From Candidatus Binatia bacterium (GTDB lineage: Bacteria; Desulfobacterota; Binatia; Bin18), in contig CAXXHG010000043.1 of NCBI GenBank assembly GCA_963666315.2, positions 480,001-544,000 of the forward strand: a DNA stretch of 64,000 nt, written 5' to 3'. The position numbers were made by a program, and so were the translations under genes. Below, piece after piece: positions 18,871-29,133 of the stretch. The notes beneath the pieces are model-generated. The model was not told the DNA's origin and made no database searches. It saw nothing but the letters and a program-made list of their open reading frames with translations. How positions within the stretch are numbered: position 1 is the stretch's first letter; every line of letters starts with the position of its first letter.

Positions 18871-20499
18871 TTATCGCATCTCAAACCCCTCATAGCCGCT
18901 GGCGGCTACCTCCGCGCACTTCTTCCGATATTCTCGGGCGCTGTTGGCATAGAGGAGGACGGCGCGTTTCTTGCCGGGAATATTCGACCCCATAAACCAG
19001 GAATCCGCAGCGCTCAATATCGTACCTGCGGCCAACTCGTTGGAGTGCTGCACCCAGGCCTCTTCCGCTTCCAGGGTGGGCGCGATGCAGGCCAAGTTCT
19101 TCTCGCGCAGGTGGCCGATGCAATCCGCAATCCATTCCACGACCATCTCGGCGCAGACGGTGTAGTTACATAACGCCGAGTTCATGCCAATAAAGAAATT
19201 CGGGAAGCCGGCAGTTTGAAGGCCCAGGTAGCTACGCGGCCCATCAGCCCATTTGTCCTTAAACGTCTGCCCACCTTCGCCCCGAATATCGATCCGAGTT
19301 AACGGCCCAGACACCGCGTCAAAACCCGTTGCATAGACGATGATGTCGAATCCGTACTCGGCATCCTGAGTCTTTATGCCCTTGGGAGTGATACGTTCGA
19401 TCGGCGTTTTACGGACGTCGACCAACTGGACATTGTCCCGGTTGTAGGCTTCGTAATACTCGGTCTCCAGGGGGATGCGCTTGGAACCGAAGGGATGATC
19501 CTTGGGGGCCAGCATTTCAGCCACCACCGGATCGTTGACACGCGCGCGGATCTTGTTGCGGACGAACTCGGCAAAGGTCTCGTTGGCCTCCATATTGGTC
19601 ATAATGTCGTGGAAATTGCCCAGCCATTTCTTAAAACCGGGGAGCGCCCACAACTCCTCGTACCGTGCCAGCCGTTCTTCCTCGGAGACCTCCAGAGCAG
19701 AGCGTGCGTCGAAGTCATAGTTAAAGCCGACCGGGCTTTCGCGGCATCTCTTGTGGATTTCCGGGATAGCTGGCCTTCCACTGGCGCTGGGCCTCCGGGG
19801 TGACTTCCGAATTCCTCAACGGCGCGCAGTAGTTCGGCGTGCGCTGGAAGACGGTCATATGGCCGACTTCCTTGGCCACGATCGGGATGAGTTGGACCGC
19901 CGTGGCGCCCGTGCCGATGACGCCCACTCGCTTACCGTTGAAGTCCACCTTTTCCTTCGGCCAGCGGGAGGTGTGAAACGATTCGCCTGCGAAGCTGTCG
20001 ATCCCTTCAAATGGAGGCGTGTATACTTCGCGGACAGGATGCCGACCGCGCCTATGAGAAATTGTGCCCGCACTCGCTGGCCATTTTCGATCTGGATCTC
20101 CCACTGATGCTCGTCCTCGTCGTAGACCGCCGAGCTGACGCGAGAATTGAGCTGGATATCCTTGCGCAGATCGAACTTATCGGCGACATAGTTGAGGTAG
20201 CGCTCGTTCTCCGGCTGGCCGGAGAAGTGCTCTTTCCAGTCCCATTCTTGCAGCAGTTCCTCCGAGAAGGAGTAGCCGTAGGTTTCACTCTCGGAATCGA
20301 AGCGGCACCCTGGGTAGCGGTTCCAATACCAGGTACCGCCTACGCCCCAAGCGTCCTCAAAGACCCGCACCGAAAGCTCCATCTTCCGCAGACGGTACAG
20401 TTGATATAAGCCCACCACCCCGGCGCCGATAATGAACGCGTCAAACTGCTCGACCAGTCCCGTACCGACCGTTTGCGTATTCTGTGTAGAATTGGCCAC
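18871..20499 (-). pseudogene. Baeyer-Villiger monooxygenase (cyclohexanone monooxygenase family), two frameshifts
   Basis: GAGVVG, GGTWYWNRYPGCRFD, FAGESFHTSRWP fingerprint, GTGATA, ATGFDA spread over three ORFs; shifts near 20025 and 19762. Confidence 0.9.
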
Positions 20500-20589
20500 A
20501 TCTTCCCCCTTTTCTGACTCTCAATTTTTATCAAATCTGTGTGATTTTGACGACCCAATAGTATGTGTTGTTCTGGAAGCTGATAGACC

Positions 20590-21579
20590 TCAGCCTTTTT
20601 GCAAAACCTCTGGATTGACCGGCGTTGGCGGACGCTGGCCGCTGAGAAAGGTGGCGATATTGTCCGCCGCCAGGGCGGCCATGCGCGTCCGGGTGGCAAT
20701 ACTGGCGCTGCCAACGTGGGGAACAACAAGGCAGTTGTATAGGCTGAGCAAAGGATCGTCCGCGGGAAGCGGGTCTGGGTCAGTCACATTGAGCGCGGCA
20801 CCCGCAATCTCATTGTCTCGCAAGGCTTCATACAGGGCTAGAGAATCGACAATTGTTCCACGTGCGACGTTAATGAGAAAGGCCGTTGGCTTCATCTTTT
20901 TGAGCTGAGGTGTGGAGATGAGCTGGCGTGTTTCTGGACTGAGCGGAACAAGAACGACCACAAAGTCAGACGCGCTGAGTAGCGTGTGCATATCTACGCG
21001 TTCACACCCGAACTGCTCTTCGGCACCTTTGTTCTGACTGCGATTATGATACAGCACGCGCATGTCAAAACCTTGAGCACGCTTGGCGACTTCTACGCCG
21101 ATCCGTCCAAGACCAATAATCCCCAACGTCGCGTGGTGAACATCCGCCCCAAGAAAGGCAAACGGACTCCAGGCTGGCCACTGGCCGGATCGAACCCGGC
21201 GCTCGCCTTCGCCTAATCGGCGTGCGATACCGAGCATAAGCGCAAAGGTGAGGTCAGCCGTGGTTTCGGTCAGAACGCCTGGTGTATTGGTCAGCACAAC
21301 GCCTCTTCTGGTGAGCGCGGGAACGTCTATATTGTCATAGCCTACGGCCATGTTTGCCACGATCCTGAGCTGCGGAGCGTGGTCGAGCAGCTCGTCATCA
21401 ATGCGCTCACTGACCATGCCCAGCAGTGCGTTTGTGTTTGTGATCTCTTGCAACAGCGTCTCGCGTGGGACGGGAGTATCAGATTCCCAGACGTGCAGAT
21501 CTCCGCAGGTCCGTAAGGGGGCCAGCGCTTCTTCAGGAAGCCGGCGGGTGACATAGATTTTTGGAGGTTTCTGGGCCAT
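20590..21579 (-). CDS. D-2-hydroxyacid dehydrogenase (glyoxylate/D-glycerate reductase)
   Basis: MAVGYDNID, NTPGVLTETTAD, GLGRIG, INVARG, PHVGSA. Confidence 0.93.
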   Translation of the reverse strand: MAQKPPKIYVTRRLPEEALAPLRTCGDLHVWESDTPVPRETLLQEITNTNALLGMVSERIDDELLDHAPQLRIVANMAVGYDNIDVPALTRRGVVLTNTPGVLTETTADLTFALMLGIARRLGEGERRVRSGQWPAWSPFAFLGADVHHATLGIIGLGRIGVEVAKRAQGFDMRVLYHNRSQNKGAEEQFGCERVDMHTLLSASDFVVVLVPLSPETRQLISTPQLKKMKPTAFLINVARGTIVDSLALYEALRDNEIAGAALNVTDPDPLPADDPLLSLYNCLVVPHVGSASIATRTRMAALAADNIATFLSGQRPPTPVNPEVLQKG

Positions 21580-21716
21580 GAGTAATACTCTCTGTACGTT
21601 GACTTACTAGTTGACCTTACCGATGAATAATTGTCTGAATGTGCAAGAGAGGGTGGCATAAGCGCGATTGAAATACTAGATTAGAGGCGAAACACAAAGT
21701 AACGAGGAGTCAAATA

Positions 21717-22106
21717 ATGGACCAACCCTCAGAAAAAAGTATTAAACGCATGCGCATCTATGTAGAGAAATACATGCAGAAAACCGGCACCTCAGGCCAC
21801 CCGGATAACGAAGTGACCGAAGCCGTCATTCTGGGCCTGGCCAATAATATCGACGAAGTGGGCCGCCCGCTGTGTCCGTGTAATTTTTATCCTGACAAAA
21901 AAGCCGAAGTCGAGCGTAGTCGCGAATGGATGTGCGCCTGCGATGAGATGAAAAAGTGGAAGTATTGCCACTGTCTGCTCTTTGTGACTCCAGAGGGCAT
22001 GCCTATCACCGAATACCTGCCCGAAGACCACGAAGGCCGACAAAGTTACGGCCTCGTCAAAGACCCCACACCGGACAAAGGGCGAGAGTTGAAAGATAAG
22101 GCATAA
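21717..22106 (+). CDS. ftrC: Ferredoxin-thioredoxin reductase catalytic (4Fe-4S) subunit
   Basis: PLCPC..CAC..YCHCLLF six-cysteine signature; GAGGAG RBS. Confidence 0.9.
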   Translation: MDQPSEKSIKRMRIYVEKYMQKTGTSGHPDNEVTEAVILGLANNIDEVGRPLCPCNFYPDKKAEVERSREWMCACDEMKKWKYCHCLLFVTPEGMPITEYLPEDHEGRQSYGLVKDPTPDKGRELKDKA

Positions 22107-22149
22107 GAGGAGCCTCAAGCGTTTAGTCCTAAGCTTTTCAAATACTGGT

Positions 22150-22180
22150 AAGGTCAGCCCGTGTGGCTGCCCTTTTTTTG
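22150..22180 (+). terminator. Intrinsic terminator
   Basis: aaggtcagcc-cgtgt-ggctgccc plus T7. Confidence 0.6.
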
Positions 22181-22257
22181 TTTCTTCTTCAACCTTGCAC
22201 CTCAGAGACTGCCTGGTGTAGCATGCCTCCGAATCTCAAAAGAGGGAGGAAACGAAA

Positions 22258-23142
22258 ATGCAAACTGGATACTTTGCCATTGGCATTGGCCCGGCTGCGG
22301 ACCCCGAGGTCGTGAGTGTCACCGCTCAGACAGCTGAGCAATCGGGCTTTCATTCGTTATGGGCGCCGGAACACGTGGTGTTACTCGACCAGTACAGCTC
22401 GAAATACCCGTATTCAGCTGACGGTCGGATGCCTATGCCAACGACCCAGGTCGATATCCTGGATCCATTTACGGCTCTCACGTTTGCCGCAGCGCAGACG
22501 AAAACTATACGCTTGGGAACCGGCATTTGCCTCGTACCCGAGCGCAACCCTGTTATCACGGCGAAAGAGGTCGCCAGTCTGGACAAACTCTCAGGCGGCC
22601 GGTTTGATTTCGGCATAGGCGTAGGCTGGCTGGCGGAAGAGTTCTCCGCGGTCGGCGTACCTTGGGAACGACGTGCGGCGCGTACGCGTGAATATATCAA
22701 GGTTATGAAAATGCTGTGGACGGAAGAAGAGTCCGAGTTCGAGGGTGAGTTCTGTAGCTTTCCCAAAGTACGCTCCTACCCGAAACCAGTTCAGAACCCG
22801 CACCCGCCGATTATCTTTGGTGGAGAGAGCAAACCGGCCCTCAAACGTGTAGGAGAAGTAGGCGATGGCTGGTTTGGGGTGAATGTCACGCCTGAATCAG
22901 TAACAGAACATATTGCCCGGATAAAAAATTATGCCCAAGCCGCAGGCCGTGATCCGGACAAGTTCCATTTTTCTGTATCTCCAGGTATTGGCACACCAGT
23001 CGAGCTTGATATGGTCAAGCGCTTCCGTGATGTCGGCGTCCACCAGATCATTATTGGTGGGGTTGCGTCCGATCCAAAGGCGATTAAAGGCGATATCGAG
23101 AAACTGGCCGAAAAGATTACCGTACCCGCCGCAAGTCTCTAA
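22258..23142 (+). CDS. LLM class (probably F420-dependent, Rv2161c-like) oxidoreductase
   Basis: SLWAPEHVV, YPY, DPFTAL, SLDKLSGGRF..GVGWLAEEF, PKPVQ. Confidence 0.9.
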   Translation: MQTGYFAIGIGPAADPEVVSVTAQTAEQSGFHSLWAPEHVVLLDQYSSKYPYSADGRMPMPTTQVDILDPFTALTFAAAQTKTIRLGTGICLVPERNPVITAKEVASLDKLSGGRFDFGIGVGWLAEEFSAVGVPWERRAARTREYIKVMKMLWTEEESEFEGEFCSFPKVRSYPKPVQNPHPPIIFGGESKPALKRVGEVGDGWFGVNVTPESVTEHIARIKNYAQAAGRDPDKFHFSVSPGIGTPVELDMVKRFRDVGVHQIIIGGVASDPKAIKGDIEKLAEKITVPAASL

Positions 23143-23214
23143 TTCTGCACAAGGTTGAGCGCAGAGACGTGCGCCCATGACCTTACTGGGATAGATTTTG
23201 AGAGGAGAAGTGCT

Positions 23215-23871
23215 GTGACTCGACTCTACGGTGAGCAACACCGAGCTCTGCAGGATCAGTTTGAAACACGTAAACTGGCGGACCGTGTGGAAGAGGCTGT
23301 GCTGCAGTCGGAAGTCTCTGGTGAGAACCAGACCTTCATTGAGTCACGGGACATGTTTTTTCTCTCAACCGTTGATCATCAAGGCCGGCCGACTGTGTCG
23401 TATAAGGGCGGAGATCCAGGGTTTGTAAAGGTTGTGGACGAAAAGACGGTCGTATTTCCGAGCTATGACGGCAATGGAATGTTTTTTTCAATGGGCAATA
23501 TTGCTGGAAATCCGCATATCGGCATGTTGTTCGTCGATTTCGAGACTCCCAACCGCCTCCGCCTCCAAGGCACAGCGTCTGTTTCAGCGGATGATCCCTT
23601 GATCGCAGCATATAAGGAAGCCGAGCTTATCGTCCGCGTGCATGTTTCTGAAATCTGGACCAACTGTCCGCGCTACGTCCACCACTACCAAAAGGTCGAT
23701 CCCTCACGTTATGTTCCTAGAGCGGCAGGTGAAACGCCACTCGCAGAATGGAAGCGCATTGATATGCTGCAAGACGCGTTGCCGCCAAAAGATCACGGCC
23801 GGATAGAAAAGGCCGGCGGCACCATCTCGATGCAGGAATGGGCAGACAAAGCCAAAGCGGGTAACGGCTAA
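23215..23871 (+). CDS. Pyridoxamine 5'-phosphate oxidase-family FMN-binding protein
   Basis: SYKGGDPGFV, PSYDGNGMFFSMGNI, NCPRYVH; GTG start after AGGAG. Confidence 0.88.
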   Translation: MTRLYGEQHRALQDQFETRKLADRVEEAVLQSEVSGENQTFIESRDMFFLSTVDHQGRPTVSYKGGDPGFVKVVDEKTVVFPSYDGNGMFFSMGNIAGNPHIGMLFVDFETPNRLRLQGTASVSADDPLIAAYKEAELIVRVHVSEIWTNCPRYVHHYQKVDPSRYVPRAAGETPLAEWKRIDMLQDALPPKDHGRIEKAGGTISMQEWADKAKAGNG

Positions 23872-23915
23872 CCCTCGTACGTGGGTGACCGCCGAAGAGC
23901 CGTCACGCTATATGC

Positions 23916-23942
23916 GTAGGGGCGAGGTTACCTCGCCCCTAC
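23916..23942. repeat. GTAG-type REP-like palindrome (family C)
   Basis: gtaggggcgagg-tta-cctcgcccctac; related copies at 51930, 55317, 63225. Confidence 0.75.
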
Positions 23943-23974
23943 GGGTGTCCCGCTTCGAGATCGAGGGGACGCTC

Positions 23975-25108
23975 CTAAGCCTGCGCCTGCGCGCTCGCCG
24001 CAGCAAACTCGGCTTGCTCTTTAGGAAGCTGGAAGGCCGGATCATTTTGGATTACCGGCAGGACTTTCTCGGCAAAGAGCTGGAAACTACGGTTCAGTTG
24101 CGGAGCCGGCAGGCCACCAAAGGCAAAGGTACCGACCATGTGATCGAGTGCGACCGTTTTGTGAATATAACGGATTTTTTCAAGCACCTGCTCTGCAGTG
24201 CCGGCAGCGTGCAGGCCACGAAAGAACTCGACCGCCTTGGCCTTGACCTGTTCATCCGCATTGAGTTTGGCGAAGGTTTTCGCCATCTTGCCGTAAAACT
24301 CGTAGCCCTTGACGTTCTTCAGCTTACCAGAGGAAAAGCCATAGTGGTTTTCAATGGAATCGAACAGCGTGCCCATATACTGCTGAGCCAGATCCTCTGC
24401 TTCTTGCGCATCGTCAGCCACCAATACGTTGAAGAGTCCAATTGGCGGACGGGGCGTAATGCCGTTAGCCTGCGCTGTATCGACATAGCGTTGGTAATCC
24501 ACGGCCGTGTCTTCCCAGCTACGCTGGGAGATGATCAGCACCCCAAAGCCCATCTTGGCCATAATGTCAGCCGACTCCGGGCTCACCGAGGATGCATAAA
24601 AACGCTGCTCGGGATGAGAAATCGGGCGCGGGCGGATCTGCATTTCCGGGATCTGGTAATATTTGCCCTCATACGAAAAGCTTTCCTGGGTTAAGCCCCT
24701 ACGGATGATGTCCGCGCATTCAACAAAGCGTGCGCGCGACTCGTCCATGGGAATCCGGAAACCCTCGTATTCAACTATGGCTGCGCCCCGCCCAAAACCG
24801 AAAATGGTGCGGCCGCCCGACACCAGGTCTAGCAGCGCAATTTTCTCTGCCACTTCGACTGGATCGTGCCACGGCAGCACGATCACAGCGGTACCGAGTT
24901 GAATCTTTTTCGTGCGGCCAGCCATATAGGTCAGCAACTGACATGGGTCGGGTGACATCACATAGCCGGTGAAATGGTGGTCGAGACTCCACAGCGAGTC
25001 AAAGCCATAGCCTTCTGCTTTGTCGGCAATCGACAGTTCTTCTTGATAAGTCTGAAGATCAGGCTTGCCTCCAAAACTGGTCAATTGCATTATCGTGCCT
25101 ACTTTCAT
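23975..25108 (-). CDS. LLM class flavin-dependent oxidoreductase
   Basis: DSLWSLDHHF, LGTAVIVLPWHDP, GFGRG; start at MKVGT after AGGAGG. Confidence 0.92.
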   Translation of the reverse strand: MKVGTIMQLTSFGGKPDLQTYQEELSIADKAEGYGFDSLWSLDHHFTGYVMSPDPCQLLTYMAGRTKKIQLGTAVIVLPWHDPVEVAEKIALLDLVSGGRTIFGFGRGAAIVEYEGFRIPMDESRARFVECADIIRRGLTQESFSYEGKYYQIPEMQIRPRPISHPEQRFYASSVSPESADIMAKMGFGVLIISQRSWEDTAVDYQRYVDTAQANGITPRPPIGLFNVLVADDAQEAEDLAQQYMGTLFDSIENHYGFSSGKLKNVKGYEFYGKMAKTFAKLNADEQVKAKAVEFFRGLHAAGTAEQVLEKIRYIHKTVALDHMVGTFAFGGLPAPQLNRSFQLFAEKVLPVIQNDPAFQLPKEQAEFAAASAQAQA

Positions 25109-25337
25109 AACAACCCTCCTTGGTTCTCCCTTGGTCAAATTCGGGACCTATTGTAGAAGAGTAAGGCCAATTACACAAACGGTAGGATAAAAAGATTCAA
25201 GGTTCAAAGTTTAAGGTTCAAGTCTCCTGCCCCCAGCCCCTAATCCCTAACCCCTGCGGCCTTCCCCTTGGCTTTGAACATTTCCCCTCTTTCTGTTACA
25301 GGATCGAATCAATTCCCTGAAAGCAGAAGGAAAACCT

Positions 25338-26540
25338 ATGGTAATAGATTCATTACTCATCGATTGTGACGGACATATTCTCGAACCGCCTGATCTGTGG
25401 GAGCAGTATATTGATCCGCAATATCGTGATCGTGCCCTGCGCATCCGCGTCGATAAGAATGACGGGTATGAGTATATTGAGATTGATGGCAAGCGATCCA
25501 AACTCACGCGTCCGGGTACCCTCGGCACCTTGGGCGGCATGGGCAAGCAGGTGAATGAGGCCACCCAGCTGCGCGAGCGAGCTATGCGGGGTGAAATAAA
25601 ACCCGAAGAGGTGCGGGCGCTGCTACCAGGACCGGAGCAGACATATCTGAAGGGGGCCGCTTTCGGCACTATGGATATGAAAGAGCGGATAGAGCTGCTT
25701 GATCGTGAGGAGATGGCAAAATCAATCCTGTATCCCACGATAGGCCTGCTATGGGAGGCCGAGTTGTTTGATCCCGAACTGTCTGCAGCCTATTGCCGGG
25801 CGTATAACCGTTGGATTGCCGACTTCTGTCGTGACTCAGGCGGACGGCTGATCCCTATCGCACATCTTTCGCTTGGTGATCCGGCTGAGGCAGCGCGTGA
25901 ACTCGAACGTGCGGTTAAGGACGGCTGCAAGGGGGCCTTTGTGAGTCCGTTTACGATCTCACGTATCCCGCACGGCGACCCGCGCCATGACGCAGTGTTT
26001 GCAGTAGCCCAAGACCTGGACGTGCCTCTCGGCATTCATCCCACGTTTGAGCCGCCCGAATGGGGCATACACCAGCGCTACGATAAATTTGGTTGGGCTA
26101 TGTGGTACGTCGACCTCTTCGCCGGCCAGGGTGTACAACACGCCTTCGGTACATTTTTTCAGCTCGGGGTCTTTGACCGTTTCCCGCGCTTGCGAGTCGT
26201 AGTGCTGGAATCACAAGCCGGCTGGATCGGCTACTTCCTGGATCGTGCTGATGCGATTTTCAGCGGTACGACGCTCGGTGCGACCGTTCGCCTGAAAGAA
26301 AAACCGTCGTACTATTTTCAACGCCAGTGTTATATTTCTGCCGACCCTGGAGAACGGACCATCGCTTCCCTGACGAGCCTGGTCGGTGAGGACAAATTCT
26401 TCTGGGCCAGCGATTATCCGCATCCCGACCATCCGGACAATTATCTCGAAGAGTTGCAGAAGATGATTGCTCCTATGAATGATACCGCCCGGCGCGGTAT
26501 TCTGGGCGAGAATGTTGCCAAAGCCTATAAGCTGAACTGA
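25338..26540 (+). CDS. Amidohydrolase family 2 (Amidohydro_2) protein
   Basis: DCDGHILEP, LYPT, RAYNRW, ESQAGW, WASDYPHPD. Confidence 0.92.
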   Translation: MVIDSLLIDCDGHILEPPDLWEQYIDPQYRDRALRIRVDKNDGYEYIEIDGKRSKLTRPGTLGTLGGMGKQVNEATQLRERAMRGEIKPEEVRALLPGPEQTYLKGAAFGTMDMKERIELLDREEMAKSILYPTIGLLWEAELFDPELSAAYCRAYNRWIADFCRDSGGRLIPIAHLSLGDPAEAARELERAVKDGCKGAFVSPFTISRIPHGDPRHDAVFAVAQDLDVPLGIHPTFEPPEWGIHQRYDKFGWAMWYVDLFAGQGVQHAFGTFFQLGVFDRFPRLRVVVLESQAGWIGYFLDRADAIFSGTTLGATVRLKEKPSYYFQRQCYISADPGERTIASLTSLVGEDKFFWASDYPHPDHPDNYLEELQKMIAPMNDTARRGILGENVAKAYKLN

Positions 26541-26565
26541 ATCAAAGGAGGTATAAGGAGACAGT

Positions 26566-27720
26566 ATGGCCGACCAAGACATTAAGAGGGCCGTGCAGGA
26601 TATTGAGTGTCCGGTGGTTGAGCAGCCTGCCTTCACTACCCCACCTCCTCTGGAAGAAGCGACGGTGGCCATCGTTACCTCGGCGTCGCTGCACCATCCC
26701 GACCAGGATGACTTCGCCCCGAAAGATACCAGCTACCGGGTGCTCGACGCGTCGCGGCGCGACTATCTTGTTGGCCACTGGAGCCCCAACTTTGACACGG
26801 CAGGTGTTGCCGCCGATCTGAACGTTGTGTTTCCCCTCGACCGGCTAGATGAGCTCGCTGCCCAAGGACGTATCGGCAAAGTTGCCGACCAACACTTAGC
26901 CTTTGCCGGTAACCAATTTGACCTGGCTCAGATTCGGATGGACGGTGGCCCTGCAGGTGCGGCGTTTCTCAAAGAACAGGGCGTTGACGTAGTGCTGCTC
27001 ACCCCAGTCTGACCGCTGTGCACGCGTACCGTGTGTACGCTGGCGCATATCTTTGAGGCAGCTGGAATGGCGACGGTAGCCCTTGGTTCGATCCGCCAAC
27101 AAATGATCGGTACTGCGCCACCGCGCGGGTTGGCGTGTGACTTTCCGTTGGGGCGTCCCATCGGTAAACCCAATGACGCGGAGTTCCAGCACAAGGTGCT
27201 CGCCCACGCGTTCTCCATGCTGAAGCGAACCGAGCCAGGTGTCGAAGATTTTCCCGAATCCATTCCAGACGAAGGAACTGAAATGCTCGTATGTCCACTT
27301 CCACCCAGGCACGATCCTGATGCCCATCCCGCTGTTGATGAGGCACGTGGCCTACGGGTGGCCTACGACCGGGCCATCGAGAAGTACGGTAATCGTGTCG
27401 GGGCCGGTCGAGCTATCAGTGCGGACGATGTCCCATCTGCCATTGAATCGTTTATTCGGATCAGCGAAGGAACGCCGTGGAAAGAAGCCCAGATTCCCGG
27501 CGTTCCAGCCCGCGTCGCCCAGGACATTCGCGGCTACTACGAGACGGCAGCATTGGCCATTGTCGATCATACGCCGGCGGCCTGGGCGGGTCTGCGCTGG
27601 TTTCGTGATGCAACCCAAACAGGCAAAGTTATCCGGGCGGCTCAGCAGGCCATGAAAGATGCCGACGTCCGGCGGGACTTGTGGCTCTTCTTGCTGCCTA
27701 TGGATAGTATGCAGGACTAA
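26566..27720 (+). CDS. Selenoprotein, glycine/betaine/sarcosine/D-proline reductase B (PrdB/GrdB-like) with C-terminal extension; Sec at TGA 27010-27012
   Basis: ORFs 26566-27012 and 27031-27720 share one frame; read-through gives LLTPV-U-PLC-TRTV (UxxC as in PrdB); N-half AIVTSA..DLNVVFPLDRL; C-half PPR..FPLGRPIGKP. Confidence 0.88.
27010..27052 (+). promoter_or_regulatory. Candidate bacterial SECIS hairpin
   Basis: Just 3' of the TGA: gcgtac-cgtgt-gtacgc (alternative fold tgcacgcg-tac-cgtgtgta), G/U-containing loop about 17-22 nt after the UGA. Confidence 0.55.
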
Positions 27721-27735
27721 AAGGAAGACACAGAT

Positions 27736-28218
27736 ATGGCTTCTTTCTTATCAATAAATGACCCTGAGTTCTGGAAACACTACCCCGAGGAGCTGAAAGA
27801 CTTGGCCGGGACTCCTCCAGAAGGCATAACCGGACTGGCCTATTTTTTGTTGGGTGACAGGAAAGACAACCCACCGACCGTGGTGACCCTGCGCATGGGG
27901 CCGAACTGGGTCTTGCCTCGACACGCACATGACTGCCATCGCTTTGAAGTCGTAGTACAAGGCAGCCTGGACGTGGGAGATCGGACGCTCAAGCCCGGAG
28001 ACGTGATGATTAGCGAACCAGGCCTCGCCTACGGCCCACATATCGCTGGCCCAGAAGGCTGCACGACTTTTGAGATCTTCAGCAACCACCGCGCCTCGTA
28101 TGTGACCTTCGTTGATACGCCAGAAGGGCGCGTCGAGTGCGACATGTCGACTCCGGAAGGGCTGAAGAAAATGGAGCAGGTCATGCAGCGGGATATGGAG
28201 GCGCAGGCGCAGGCGTAG
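27736..28218 (+). CDS. Cupin-domain protein (ChrR-like)
   Basis: PRHAH..RFEVVVQGSL..LKPGD..YGPH metal-binding cupin motifs. Confidence 0.8.
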   Translation: MASFLSINDPEFWKHYPEELKDLAGTPPEGITGLAYFLLGDRKDNPPTVVTLRMGPNWVLPRHAHDCHRFEVVVQGSLDVGDRTLKPGDVMISEPGLAYGPHIAGPEGCTTFEIFSNHRASYVTFVDTPEGRVECDMSTPEGLKKMEQVMQRDMEAQAQA

Positions 28219-28233
28219 CGGAGACCAGCATAA

Positions 28234-28271
28234 TCCCTTCTCCCTTGAGGGAGAAGGTTAGGATGAGGGGG
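28234..28271. repeat. REP-like repeat family B (CCCTCTCCC..GGGAGAGG..GGTGAGGG)
   Basis: tcccttctcccttgagggagaaggttaggatgagggg; related copy at 44890-44980. Confidence 0.65.
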
Positions 28272-28379
28272 AATCAGGAAAAACTCCCCCTTCAGCTAAG
28301 AATGGAATAACATAAATTTGGCCCCGACCCCACCCGCCGGCGCGCTGCTCCAATCCTCATCTTGCCTGCTTGAGCCGAG

Positions 28380-28671
28380 TTAGAGCCCCTCGACCAAGAC
28401 GAGATCGCCGCTGGAGCCAGTTTGGCGTAACTTAATAAGCGGGGCGTACTCCGGGTCGTTGTACCACGCTTGTGCCTTCTCCATGGACGGGAACTCAATA
28501 ACGACCCTCACCCTTGATGACGGCGCTGTTCCTTCCTTGACCTCCGTCTTCCCTCCGCGCACCAAATACCGTCCCCCATGCTTCTCCACCAGAGCCTCGA
28601 CCTTCGGGCCATACTCTTCCAACCATGAGGGATCGGCTCACATCTACTGCACCGATAAGATAAGCTGGCAT
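28380..28671 (-). pseudogene. DUF1330 family protein with +1 frameshift near the 5' end
   Basis: MPAYLIGAVDV from ATG 28671, then shifted DPSWLEEY..HGGRYLVRGG..IEFPS..AWYNDPEY. Confidence 0.85.
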
Positions 28672-28798
28672 AACTGTGACCTCCTTCGTATTTCCTAAAG
28701 TCTCATCTCGCCTATCGTAGTAGTCGAAGGCGGTAAGTCAATCACAACGAAAGCTTCTCAATGTAAAAAATTGTAAAAGGAGACTGCTTCTCCCGCAC

Positions 28799-28948
28799 CC
28801 AAACTTCGGCATGACCTGCGTGGCGAACAGCTCCATTGAGCGTTCGGACTGAGCTTGGGTCAGACTGCCCCAAGCAAATGACACCAAAATATAATTGTAG
28901 CCGCTCGTCTCAAAGAAGCTGGCAATGGCGCCCTGCATTCGACTGGGC
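28799..28948 (-). repeat. Diverged duplicate of the 3' end of the LLM gene (31281-31430)
   Basis: 150-bp direct repeat, about the first 50 bp identical; encodes SFFETSG..ELFATQVMPKFG. Confidence 0.92.
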
Positions 28949-29133
28949 AATCTTTCGCTCGGCCCGCTATCAGCTCGTATCGGGCGGAGGAGTAGGATGG
29001 CCATGAGCTTGAGTGTGCAGATCGTGGCCTATCTTCTCTATTTCTCCGCACATGGCGACACCACGCCGGTTGCCTGCCCTTATTGCCCAGGGTAAGACAG
29101 AACCATCAGAATAACCGAGGGAGCGTAACGACC

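Noticed and set aside
23885-24694. Long antisense ORFs (also 7359-8126, 32387-33250, 36061-36756, 45946-46605)
   Set aside because: Shadow frames opposite well-supported genes, with no motifs or RBS
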